A stretch of DNA of 56,661 nucleotides, filler included, from Streblomastix strix (Eukaryota), in assembly GCA_008636045.1 (NCBI GenBank). It is 3 parts of 3 records of this genome, joined end to end, with 100 filler letters (N's around TTAATTAATTAA, not from the genome) between each part and the next. Parts side by side here need not be neighbours in the genome. Positions count along the whole stretch, not along the records: positions 18,928 to 37,748 come from SNRW01000581.1; positions 37,849 to 56,661 come from SNRW01000582.1; 1 more part is not named here. One strand, 5' to 3'. A program made the translations under genes and the position numbers. Of this stretch, positions 35,461 to 48,400 are shown piece by piece. Each line of letters opens with the position of its first letter. Within the stretch, counting starts at the first letter, position 1. The notes under the pieces are model-generated. The model saw nothing but the letters and a program-made list of their open reading frames with translations, did no database searches and was not told the origin of the DNA.

Positions 35461-37748
35461 TCACCAAAAACAAGCTTGGAAGAAAAAATAAATGAAAGAA
35501 AATACTAAAGATGCAAATGACAATGAGAGTGCATAACTTTACTTGAGTCCAGGAAAGAAAAACTGGCGCTATGCACTGGACAACATAATAATTACATACG
35601 CAAGAATAAAAGCACAAAGAACGAATATCAAAATAGCTGAAAAATTCGAAATAGACATGTTCCTGTTTCGCCAATTTCTGGTCATGTCTCTAGTAATACT
35701 TTTCGTGAAAAAGTTTGAATAGTCTTCATCTTATTCAGTGTACATGTCATATGAATCCTATTTCATCTTATTCTTCTTTTTTTTTATCTTTTTTTCCTTA
35801 TGTTCTCGATTTTTCCTTTTAATAAATTGTCTCATTTTATAAGAAAAGTTTTTGAATCCAATACTTGTATCTCCAAATGAAGCAAAAGCTATTGCAAGAA
35901 TACCTAAAATATGAGAATATATTATGAATTGTGCAACAACAGCAATGTGTCTTTATGAGAAGATAGCCACACTATTATCATTAGAGCCAGATAAGATAGA
36001 ATGTTGTTTACAGATAGAGTCAGGAAAGAGTAAAGGAGAAGCTTCAACTGCATCCTGAAGATATATAGCATTACTAATGTTCTATATATCATAATGATAT
36101 ATATTATTATTCACTTTCATATTCAATGATTGTATCCATAATAATGAACATCTTTCACGTCTGTCTTCATTATCCAACATCTGAGCATCATTTCCCCATA
36201 GAAACAATAAAAATATCACAAGAATGACTTCAGCCAATGCTAATAAAATAGTTCTCCTCCAGAAACTTAATGAAAGCTGATATACAAATGGTTTATTATT
36301 CTGATCATTTTAAGTTTCTCTTATTTTCTCGTCTGAAAGTAATTTGTTCTTTTCAATTTATCTTTTTCTATTCCTTTATGCATATTTAATTTCATCCAAT
36401 TCCTGTTTAATTTGATCAGATCGAGGAGGTTCATCTTTATTCACTGCTCTCTCTAAATCCCATAATGCACCAGATACTGTTCCAACAACAATTGCAGCAG
36501 AACCAATCAATTGGGTTATAATAAAAAGAAGCACTCCAAATATTGGTCTAATGTTTAGTATTCGAATACCCAATATTGTCTCTAATAAAGTTATCAGTAC
36601 AAAACCAATCATGTTGGCAAAGCAGAGAGAAATTGCACGATTGATGCTACAAATAATATTTCTGCTCATTTGGATAGAAAGCGCAACTCTGGAAATTCCA
36701 CTGTCAGCAATTGATTTTGTTGCTTTTCTCATTGATTTAAGAGAGCTTGTAAGCATATTGATATTAATCATTTCTTTTGATTCATCTTTGAATTCGCTTT
36801 TATATTCACTTCTTGGTTCATCATCATGCTATTCCTTCATTTATTCCATCTACTAATGTTTCTTCAAAATATGAAACCAAGATGAAGTACCTTTATTTCC
36901 AACACAAATTCCAACATCTCCAGATTCCAATACTTTAATTTCATCCATCTCTCCTAATCCAGCAGATGCAACAATTACTCTTTTACCCTCATTCTATAAT
37001 TATTTGATCTTCTCTATTGCTTCTGATGATGAGACATTCTAATTGATCTATATATTGGGTAATAATCTTATAATAGAAGCTGGATATAGCTTATTCTGAA
37101 ATGCAACATTACTATCAGTTAAGATCTCAATTGGAAGTTGTTGATTCCCTTTGAATGAAAGATTATTCAGTTTCTACAGGAATCCCAATGAAGATATTGC
37201 GCTCATTTAAGTATCAGTACCAACACCCAATAAAGCAATTAGTGTATATCCTCCTTTTTCATCTGCTTTTATTAGTGTTTATTATTGATCTGTATTGTAT
37301 TACAACAACTCATTCTAGTATTTCTTCTATCTAATATATGCATCTCTTAGTACTTCTGCATTATCTTCATCCGAATCTCCAAATCCTTCTTCCTCTTCCT
37401 CATCAATTCTCTTATTAATATTTGATCCACTCTATTTACGAGAAAGATCCAACAATGGGTTCCCAATTCCATTCTCAATTTCAGGTTCTATTCCTTCTAA
37501 ACCAGGGAATTATGATTTATAGACCTATGATGAATTAGGTCTTTAATTCTTATTCTAATTCTAATTCTATTATCTTTAATCAGATATAATTTCTTCTTCC
37601 TGTGTCTCATCACTTGAACTTGCACTAAGGAAACTATGTTTTTTAACTTGTGCGGTCTTCCTCATTTATTATTATGAGTTTCTAACACTTATTTATTACT
37701 ATTAAACTTGAGGATGTTATGGTGTTGGAGAAATGGTTTATTGTTATT
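35461..37748 (-). CDS. Degenerate P-type ATPase-like membrane protein (5'-partial)
   Basis: YTLIALLGVGTD, LPIEILTDSN and KIKQLQNEGKRVIVASAGLGEMDEIKVLESGDVGICVG align with the P-domain LG.D / I.V.MITGDN / V..LQ..G..VAM.GDG.ND..AL..ADVGI..G segments. Several TM helices follow. Intron at ~36055-36114. Confidence 0.65.
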
Positions 37749-37848
37749 NNNNNNNNNNNNNNNNNNNNNNNNNNNNNNNNNNNNNNNNNNNNTTAATTAA
37801 TTAANNNNNNNNNNNNNNNNNNNNNNNNNNNNNNNNNNNNNNNNNNNN
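37749..37848. other. Artificial contig linker (44 N + TTAATTAATTAA + 44 N)
   Basis: Same structure as 18828-18927. Confidence 0.98.
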
Positions 37849-38420
37849 AAATTGAAAGTTTTGGTGTCGTGGCCGACGATCTGTGGTCATTTCAAATTTT
37901 AATAGGGATTAGATGCTAATCTTGCCATCCAGATATGATCTAGAAAAAATAAGAAAATTTTGACATGAACCCCAGTCAATATTAAAAAAATTATTATTAG
38001 AATACCAATATTCTTAGTTTTTACGGAGAAAACGAGAAAAAGCTGTAGCTCGTGCAGATTTGCTCTGATATAAAATTTGTTGGTATAACACCTCTTTATT
38101 TGGCATTTTTCACAGAATGAGCTGGGGTTGTTTTGGAGGCACGTGTAGGCAAAAATTTTTCCCAGGCCTGTCTTCACTTTTGCCTAAAATGCCATGGTTA
38201 ACTGACATGATAAATAAATATAAATGATTTTTTATTTTGATTAAATAAAAAAATTTCTAATTTACTAAGTTTTGAGAAAATAAATCAAAAACAAAATGAA
38301 GAGATATTCTCCTTAGTCCAAAATAAGCATGGTAGATTTTCTTTATTCGAATTTTAAAATAATAATTATGAAATAACTATTTCGTATCTTTAAAATATTC
38401 CACATCATACATACTCACTG

Positions 38421-39321
38421 TCAATCATTGTGTAGATTTATCCTTGCTGGTAGTAGTTAATCCTAATATTCATTTCGATTGACAGCTACATAATCTTCCA
38501 ATTAACTGTTTAAGATTTTATGTAATATGAAGATAAACAGGAAAAGCATTGAAAAAATAGCAAATTACATTAGGAAAACAGATAACGTGAACTTAAAAAT
38601 TTTTGATATTAAAATCAGACTAAGCTATCGTAGATTTAGGTCTTCTGAAATGTTGTACTTATTATGTGGAAATTAGTATTGAACATCTTGATCATCAATA
38701 TGAAAAGTAATAATTAGTTTTGCTTTTGTAAGGAAATTCTTATTCTGTATAAAAGCAATTATTGGACAATTAGCTCCCTCAATAGGAAGTGAATATGGAT
38801 TTTCTGGATTAATGATAATCATAACACGTTTGCATGTAAACCATTCATCCTATAGAATAGAATAAATGAAAAAAAGATAATAAACAATAATCAACAATAA
38901 AATTTATCAAATTTAGTCATACAACAGTTGGAGTGTTCGAAATCCATGTATTTGTTGAATTAAGTATATCAATACCATTTCCACCAATGATCTTATAACG
39001 GAGTTTGTCTTTGAATATTTTGCTTTTGCTCTCTGCATAAAATGATAATTTGTATCGATATGGTTCATCATCAAGCAAAAGAGGTGCAGGAACTGTACAA
39101 AAAAATGATCTTTACTTCCAAACATCTTCATTCTGATGAAAATAAATTAGAAGTGTTAAATTAGGCATATATTCAAATAAAAAAGTCACACTATAACCCA
39201 ATGACAATGTGGAAACGAAGAGCATTATTCTAGCGCCACAAGCAAAATGATAACTAAGAGCATGTAAACTAAAAGTAAAGATTAAAATCATTAATTTTAT
39301 TGAAATTATTGTAGTTTTCAT
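38421..39321 (-). CDS. Hypothetical membrane protein (hydrophobic N-terminus, C-terminal TM helix), one intron
   Basis: MKTTIISIKLMILIFTFSL...WKQRSFFCTVPAPLLLDDEPYRYKLSF..., intron at ~38850-38922, then ...FTLSVFLMQFAIFSMLFLFIFILHK...LHND*. Confidence 0.7.
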
Positions 39322-40043
39322 TTAATAAATCTAAAGAACTTTGCTAATTACAAGTATTTACATTTATAAATTTTATAAAAACAATTTATTATTGATTTTT
39401 TTTCATTGTTTAACTCAAAAAATATAGTTTCTTTGTAAAAATGAATCAATGCAGATTTCTTGGTAGGGTTTTCTTATTTTGTTTATTTATTGTATTAATT
39501 ATTAATGAATGTTGAACATATAAAAGAAAAAATGTCTTATAAAGTATTAGCAAATGCTTGTATCTAGAAATCATATCACGAACATAAAAGAAACAACAAA
39601 TAAAATAATTGTTTTAGTCAAATATGAAAATCATAACATCATAATTACTCATTTAAATTAATATATCTATTATTGATTAATAAAATCGGGTTGCAAATTC
39701 ATTCAATAATCGAAAATCAAATCACATAATTTGAAGCTTAATTTCAGCACCTTGTTGTATTTTTATGAGTTTTAAACATAATATTTATAGTTAGAAATGA
39801 ATATTCTACATATTTGAAATATGAACCTAATTAACAAACACTTATTTTTTGCTCAAAAAAGACCATTTAAATTTTTAGAAAATAACGCCCGAAATTTGAT
39901 TCTTTCAATATTTAATTGCTCATTTATTATTTTAAACATGATTTTTTAATTATTCTCAACTAAAATAAAACAAAATTAATGCAATTTTTATCATTTTTTG
40001 TTATAATAATCTCTTTTAATTTTTCTTGTTTCTTTTATAGAAA

Positions 40044-43000
40044 ATGACACGAACTCCACGATATGAAGATTGTATATAAAGATATTTTATTAATTTTACA
40101 AATTACTTCTTATCTCATTAGACAAAATTATTGATAAGTTTACAGGAGGAGTATAAGGGCGTACATATTTAGCCTAGGAAATTGAAACTGAAAAATATGT
40201 TGTGATGAAAATAGTAGAATATTTTGAAGCAGAAGAGAAGATGAGAGCTAGATAGGAAGTTGAAAACTTGCAAAAACTGAAATCTTGATACATATTGAAA
40301 TATATAAACTCATTTCAGGACAGAAATGAACTATATATTATTTGTGAGTATTGTGTTGGTGGAGATCTATCTAAATATACTGAAAAGTTTTAGAAGCTTT
40401 CTGATACTGAGAAGAATTAAGTATTATTTGTATTTCTTAATTAATAAATTATTATTATATTTACTTTATATATTATTCATATAACAATACAGCATGCAAT
40501 TATTATAGCCAGCTAATTAATAGCTGGGATGACTTTAATGCACGACAATGGTATTATTATAAATCTAATCATTTCATAATTCAAATCATTTATATTAATC
40601 TGTTAATAATGTTTGGATAACATTTATAGGCATAATGCACCGTGACCTGAAACCAAAAAATATTTTTATGGATGCAGATGGCAATATTAAAATAGGTAAA
40701 TGACAATTTTTATATCTTTATGTTTATTTACTATTTTTAATATTCTTTATATTTATTTTTTCTTCAATATATTAATTTTCATCATATGGTTATTTTCTGA
40801 ATATTTAAGGGGATTTTGGAATAACCTAATAAATCTAACAGGATCAATCATATGTTGGAGAAGCAGGAACTGAGTATATATTTTAGACTATTGATTTTGA
40901 TTTGATTTACATCTAATATTATTTTTTATTCTTCTTTTTATTTCTTTCTCCACAATTAGAATCTACAAATCTCCTGAGCTCCTCACTTCCCATCGTTTTA
41001 CTCCTTCCTGCGATTGCTGGAGTTCTGGTGTTATATTATATGAGATATGTTCTGGTATTCATCCATTTGTGAGGAATAGTACAGATTAAGAATTGCAGAG
41101 AAGTTATAAGAAGAAAGTGATATTGTAACTTAGAATATAATAAGAGATGGAAATGAGGCAGACTAAGAAGATGTTTGCTACTTAGATTATGTGGTAAACA
41201 TAAAGATAATAACATTAATAATAACATTAATAACTTTAATAGTAATAACAGACGTAATTATATAAATAATCTTTATTATCTCCATTTCCACCTTCTTCTT
41301 CATCTTCATCATCTTCTTCATTCCATTTACGTCCTTAATCATCATCTCCTCCTTTTAATAATCATCAACATTCTCCATTCCAAATATAAATATAACCTTC
41401 TCCTCAATTTCTGGAGACAATCAAATCATCCAAATCATCCAATTCATCTCAGACAAACCCAATTAAATAATCTTAAACACAATCTAATACTCCTTCTTTA
41501 TCTTTAATAACATCGTCATTCATGGATAATATTAAACTATCTCAATAATCTAATTCTAATTCTTCTTCTAATCCACTTTCATAGTCATTCTTCACACTAT
41601 CTTTGGATGATTATGCTAAAAATGATGTGCTGAATTCAATCAAAAAGTATAAACTGAGAAATAAGCTTCCTGATTGGGTATGCCCTGAATTAAGAGGTCT
41701 GATTCTTGGGTTGATGAATTAAGTATGTGAATATAAATATAAATAAATAATTATTTTAATGATTATTTTAATATTACATTAATACATTTAACTTTTATTA
41801 TTTTAGTGTTTAATTATAATTTCTGCCAATTTATTTATATTACATAATATTAGAATCAATTAAAGCGTCTTTCCTTCAGAGATGCCATACAATACCCATT
41901 AGTATAGAACTATTTGTAATCATAAGGATATGATGAATAAGATAAAGAATATGAGAATGATAATATTGAATAAAGGCAAATTAATGAAAGAAGCGAAACA
42001 GTCAATTATTAAGTAGAAGGTATTCAATAATAAAGCGAGATTAGTAAAGTAAAAGAAAAAGATAATAATGAAAATTAGTAATAAAAGAAAAGAAACAGAG
42101 AAAACCTATAAGAACAAGAAGCAATAAAATTGGAGAAATTAAAAGATAATGAATAAATCAATAATAATAATAATGAGCTGAATGTAGATTTTGATAATGG
42201 AGTAATTGATATAAATTCAAAGAACAGGTGGACTGAATGCAAGACACAGACTGAAGTAAGTATTTAGACCCAACTTTGGAAGAAGGAATATTCTGAGAGC
42301 TTCAAAGATGGATAATTAAAGAAAGATGTTGATAAATAGAAACCAAAAGTTCAACTCAGACCAATGATATTTGGATAAGTGAAAATACCGTAAACAAAAC
42401 CATAACAACTTTCATAAATACAATCAGATTCATCTCCAATTGTTTCGTTATATTCATAATCATCATAAAATCATCCTCCAAATCAATTAAAAACAAATGA
42501 TCAACTTTAATTTCCTCATAATCAATAATAATTAGAAATAATTGATTAATCGAATATACAACAATTGTAAATTCCACCATCTTCATAATCACAATAATTA
42601 TAATAACAGTCAAATAATCCAATAGTCAACCTTGCTTCTAATCTCATAAATAAGATCTAAAATTAGATATAAGTAATTTCTACTAAAATCAATTCTACAA
42701 TTTAAGATCAATAAACTAAATCAACTCATAAATCTTAATCTTTAACACCTTCTCCTCCTCCTTCAATAAGTGATAAAGATATTTAATCTTCTTATTCACC
42801 TAATAATATATAATCTTATTCTACTGATTAATAATCTTCTATTTGTTTATAATCAGAAAATTAATAATAATTAAATAATACACAATTGGAATAGAATTAA
42901 GAATAACCAATAACTGATTAATAAATAGGTTCATAATCATCCAATCAAAATAATCAATTACATCCAGAAGCACAACATTTCAATGATGCAGAAGGATATA

Positions 43001-43295
43001 TCACAACAGACATACCTCATTTCCCTTAATTTAAGAATGCAGAAGGTACCATAACAACAAATATACCTGCATTCCCTCAATTTAACAATATATAAGGAAC
43101 AGTTACAAATAATATTCCTCCTTTTCCTTTCTAATCACCATAATACCCCTTTAAAAGATATCCTTAATAACATTTCTCTTAATAACAATTTGCATCGTAA
43201 GTATTGATTCGTCCAAAGATGTTTCTACATGACCCAACATAGCATATTCCTTCTACTTATTCATAATTATAATCACAAAAAATTAAACCTCAACC

Positions 43296-43369
<74 letters not shown>

Positions 43370-44154
43370 TACCTTAATAATAATCATAACCATAAACTTA
43401 ATCAAAATCTTCTTCTGCACCAAATTTTGCATCAATTTAATCTTCATCATCATCATCATCATCTACTAAAGAACATAAGAAACATAATAAACATAAGAAG
43501 CATCATAAACATAAGAAATAGAAAACTGACAATTAACAATAATCTTCTTCACTCCAGTAATAATAACCCAATTATAAAGCTTCATTATCAAATACACAAG
43601 TATTATCACAATACCTTGAAAATATATTCCCAGGAAGTTAGAATCCTAAAATAGACAACTTGAAGAAGATGTGCGAAATTACACAGGAAAGACTTCTGCT
43701 GTACAAAAGAGAGAACAGAAAACTCGATCGTTTAATGGGAGTACAGCCCCATTCAAATTCATAATCATCTCATTCAAGTTCAATTCATGACTCAAATCAA
43801 TCTCAATCTAATTCATAGTAGAGATCAAGATCAAGATCCAGTTATTCAGGAGATTCAGATGATATGAAGACCATCGATATTAGAAGTTAGATGAGGCAAA
43901 ATCAATTCATTTAATAGGAATAACATTATCGTTCATAATAATCACCTTCAAATATAAACGAAGAAGTTTAGGCATAATAAGCTGAAGATGTAACAAATTC
44001 AAATCCTCAATTGCATAACGATAATAAGAAGCATTTACATCACCATAATAAAGATCATTAACACAAGAAGAAAGACAAATTTAAACATAAACATATTAAA
44101 GTACCATCTGAAGGAGATCTTCAAGGGTAAGATATTAATGATAAGAAAAGTTGA
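40044..44154 (+). CDS. Ser/Thr protein kinase (NEK/CAMK-like) with long Q/S-rich tail; one in-frame TGA
   Basis: Spliced across ~6 GT-AG introns: GGVQGRTY, VVMK, ICEYCVGGDL, HRDLKPKNIF, IKIGDFG, GTEIYKSPE, DCWSSGVILYE. TGA at 40286-40288 is in frame; terminal TGA at 44152-44154. Confidence 0.9.
42979..43131 (+). repeat. 51-bp (17-aa) coding repeat x3 in the kinase tail
   Basis: FNDAEGYITTDIPHFPQ / FKNAEGTITTNIPAFPQ / FNNIQGTVTNNIPPFPF, starting at 42979, 43030 and 43081. Confidence 0.85.
43297..43368 (+). repeat. (TAA)24 microsatellite encoding poly-Gln
   Basis: 24 consecutive in-frame TAA codons inside the kinase ORF. Confidence 0.95.
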
Positions 44155-44220
44155 AAATACTATTCATTTTATTTATATGAGGATTTATTAAATAAACACA
44201 AATAATAATTACAAATTATA

Positions 44221-44682
44221 TCATTCGCTTATTAAAGATAATTTTTTAGTAGACATTCGAAACGGCCTCCCTTATGCTAGTGCAAAAATAGTCCCAAAAG
44301 ATATTGCGTTTTACATCTCAAGTTCGGAGGAATATGATGCGAAGGCAAGTCGTGGTAATCCTTCCGGAGGTTATGGATATTTTAACCAACTAATAAAATA
44401 GGAGGTAAAATTGATATTAAAAAAGTATTTTTCACACGTTACATCACCAAACTATCTTAAAAATGCTAGAATTTCAGAAAGAGGTGTCGTTGGAGGCATT
44501 CCTCCACAAAATATAGTATGAGGGGTTAACCCTTAAAATTTATAGAAAAATTCATCAGAAACAAGTTTTGGTTAATCTGCTTTCTTCTCATCTGCTCCAT
44601 GATTTTATGATGGAGTTGATTAAGTAGCGTCTGTTGGCGCAGCTTGTAATGTAGATGCTGTTTATGTTTAATTATCAGTCAT
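44221..44682 (-). CDS. RRM-domain RNA-binding protein
   Basis: MTDNQTQTAST...HTIFCGGMPPTTPLSEILAFLRQFGDV (RNP2)...RLAFASYSSELEMQNAI (RNP1)...LISE*. Probable 48-nt intron at 44390-44437. Confidence 0.8.
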
Positions 44683-45417
44683 TCTAAAATAAAATATTAT
44701 ATATTAATGAAAATGAGAATAATAATTTAGATAGCCCGTTATATATATTTTGATGTTTTCATCTTCAAAATGAAATTATAATAATAGATACAAAGGTTGT
44801 TTGATAATTACAAAGGGAGGAATATATTTAAAGATGTTCTATATAACTTTGTCATTGTTTATTACAGAAAATTTCGAGATTATGCTCTTTTATTCATTTT
44901 TTTTAATTACAAGGTATATTGTATGTTTATATCAATTTACATGTTTAAAAAATATGTTTTATGATATTGCAAGAATGATATTATACAAACGGCACATATA
45001 TGACCGAATTGAAAATTATTCTAAAGAATTGACTTTTTTGAGCCAGAACAAATTCTATTTTCATTTTCTTCCTCAAAAATTTAACAAAAAATTACATTAA
45101 CTATAAGTTTTTTACTTTATACCAAAATTTTTTATCAAATAAATCGATATAAGCCAACTGAAGTTTTATACGTTATATTTCAGCGTTGCAAGATTTTTAG
45201 CATGTATATTCTTGTTCATCATTTCTTAAATTATATTCTATTCATATTAATAAATTAACTATTAAATTTATAGAATTAAAATCCGTTTGATTTTTTTCAA
45301 GCAAAAACAAATTTGCTGTTTATATTTTTTTTTGCCTCGAAACCGAATTTATTTTGTACTTATTTTTCTAATTTTTATTTATTTATTAGACATTGAACAG
45401 TTTTAGAACCTAAATTA

Positions 45418-48400
45418 ATGTCAAATCCTCTTGCAAACATTGGAGCAAAGTGTGCAATTTTTTCTTAGATTTTGTTTATTTTCGTTATTACCAAAAATAA
45501 TCCTTATTAGACCACTTGCTGATATTAGAGAGGATGTTATTAGAATAATAGAAGATGTATGTTGCTTACTTAATATATAAATTTTTCCATAAATTACTTT
45601 TTTATGTATAATATTTTAGAACCCAAAAGAGGATTTTTTATAAATGATTTTACAAGCACAATAAACTTGCGATGTTAATTTTTTATAAGCAGCACTGATA
45701 GCAACAGGTTTAAATACATTCATAAATACTATATTCTATATTTTTTTTGCATATTTATAACTAATTTATAACTATTATAATATATTTATTTTATTTGATT
45801 ATTTTTTCTCTCAAATTCAGAAATTTTGACAATCAGAAATGATGTTCTATCATTTTCAAGTGTTATTGGATTTCTTTATTCTTGCTTGAAATCTGAACAT
45901 AAGGAAATAGTTAAATCGGCTGCATAAACAATAGGTATAAAGATGAAACGTTAATTAAATATAATTTTTTGTATTAATTATTTCAATTTTCTATTTAATT
46001 ATATTATTATATTATATTATATCATATCATAGCAAGCATTGTTAAAGATAATTTGGGAGCTGCTGAGTCAGTAAATTTGCTTGTTGTAGACTAAATGAAC
46101 TTTCTTAAATCTCATTTGAAGGAAAAAGAAGAGTCTGAAAATAAATTAATTTATTAATATTCATTTTCTTATTTTATTTTATTTTTAAATCAGAAACAAA
46201 AAATAATCCGCTCTTTCATAAGGTAAATCTAAAGAGGAAATTGCATAAAAAGCGAATGAAGACAAACATCGGAAAAATGCAGCTCTTATTCTGCTTGAAT
46301 AACTTTCCCGTCGTGCAAAAGCATAATTTGTGAAATATCTGGATGCAACTATCAACATTATGTGGGTATTATATATATTTATTCATATATTTTTTTATGT
46401 TATAATTGAGTATATTTAATATTATTATATTAACAACTAACATCTTTCACTCCATCCTCTAATCTATAGTCAATCCTCCAAACAGATGAGGTCATAGTCC
46501 ACACAGATGCATCCAGATGTTTTGGTGAGTGTGTCAGACAAGAAGAATAAAGGAACAGCGAGAAAACAAGAGAGAGATTCAAGAACTATGTTGAGGAGGT
46601 GTATCAGACAACTGTCAGGGATAAGCAGAATGTGATCAAGTTACATGGGGGGTTATTGGGACTGAGTGAGATGCTGAAGCTGAAATACGTTCATAGACAC
46701 GAGAGAATGGAGAGAATAATTGAAATTGTATTTGATATTCATTATATGTTATTAATGGATAATACTTTTATTTAATATTTATATTATTAGATCAACAACC
46801 TTAAAAACGCTACAATTCAACCAGTACGATAAGCTCTTGTACAAATACTCCCATCATTTGCACTCGCATTCCAGACAACAAGCGCAATAAGATGTATTAT
46901 GCACTGTGCTAATATACTTATAGCCAGTGCAGAACATGATAATGACTCGTAGAAGATAACTTTCTCAATTGCACCTCAACTTGTAAAGAACTTGGTTGAA
47001 ACAAGAAGAGTAATGCAGTTGAAGCTTGATACATTCAAATAGGAATTATAGGAAAGGAAGCTATAAATATAATATGAGTAAAATCAGATCAAATAGAAAG
47101 AATAATAAATAGTAAAGAAAGAAGAAGAATAGAAGAAAGGATTTCATAGAGAGAATGAAGAAGAAGATGAGATTAAATAACAATAGCAATTAAATTTGTA
47201 GTCAAGAAACACCGAATTTGAGATCTAGTTTGGGGAGTTAGAAAAGAAGATTGATAACCAAACTAACGATATCAATATGCTTACAAGTGCTATCAAGAAT
47301 TTCACACAAGGAATGAATAATGTTGTATAAAAGAATCTTGCATAATAAAAAGGTCAATAAGCTCATTAATTGGCACTCGACTGTTTCCGTGATCTTGTTG
47401 ATACACTTCGAGATGAGTTTTCTCTCTCAGATCAAATCCTTGAAGCTTTATTTAAGATTCCTCTGAGCACCAAACTCTGCACAACTTTATCAACAATATG
47501 CAAATATTTCCCTCATTTGTTACCATCAGTATAAACATCTCTATTAATACAGGTATATGAAATACTCAATCCAAATGTTTCACTTCAAACTAATTAGTAA
47601 CAATCATCACAAATATAGGCATCATAATCAATGGTACAACTTGATAGAGATTCATAAAGAAAGAATTCATTTAATAGTGGTTAGAGTGGAATGAATATTA
47701 ATTAGTAATAATAAGGAAGGCAAGGAAGTGGGAATAATTAAATTCCTTTAGTGTAGAAGATTCATATTCCAATGATTGCTGCATTTCCAATCACTCAACT
47801 TGGAGCTGTTCTTCCAATTCAGAAATATATTCAATATAAACAATAATTTTCTTCAGTATCATCAGTTCTTAGTAGTGGATCAGGATACAATTTGGGAATA
47901 TAAGCAAAAGGAATTCAATTCCAGCCCATCCCTGCAAACTGTAATCAAAGAACCGAGTTGTGCATTGCCTGTTTAATCAAAGGACAACCATCCTTATCTC
48001 TGCTGACTCATATTGAAACTGAGATTCCAGGTCTTATTGATGTCAGATGTCACATGTTGCATCCATCTTCTGCATTTATTAAATATCCTGAGACTCAGCC
48101 ATCTCAAATTAACATTCAGACGCCCACTTCAATAAGATTCCAATAAGACATTTCACAGATATAAGAAACTAAGAATTTATTATAGAATGTGTAGATGAGA
48201 TATATTCAGATTTAAGCACAAGGGAATGTTTTACAATAATAAATATCTAAACTATAATCACAGATATAATCAACAGAATAAGCAACTCCTGTTACTTAGA
48301 GAAGATTGGATGCACGTAATTCATAATAAATTTAATTATAGTAATAATAACAATAATAATTGTAGCAGCAAACACAAATAAATACACAAATACAATAAAC

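Noticed and set aside
37849..38210. GC-richer non-coding stretch at the contig start, possibly a transposon terminus or RNA gene
   Set aside because: No partner repeat, recognisable RNA structure or convincing ORF within the window.
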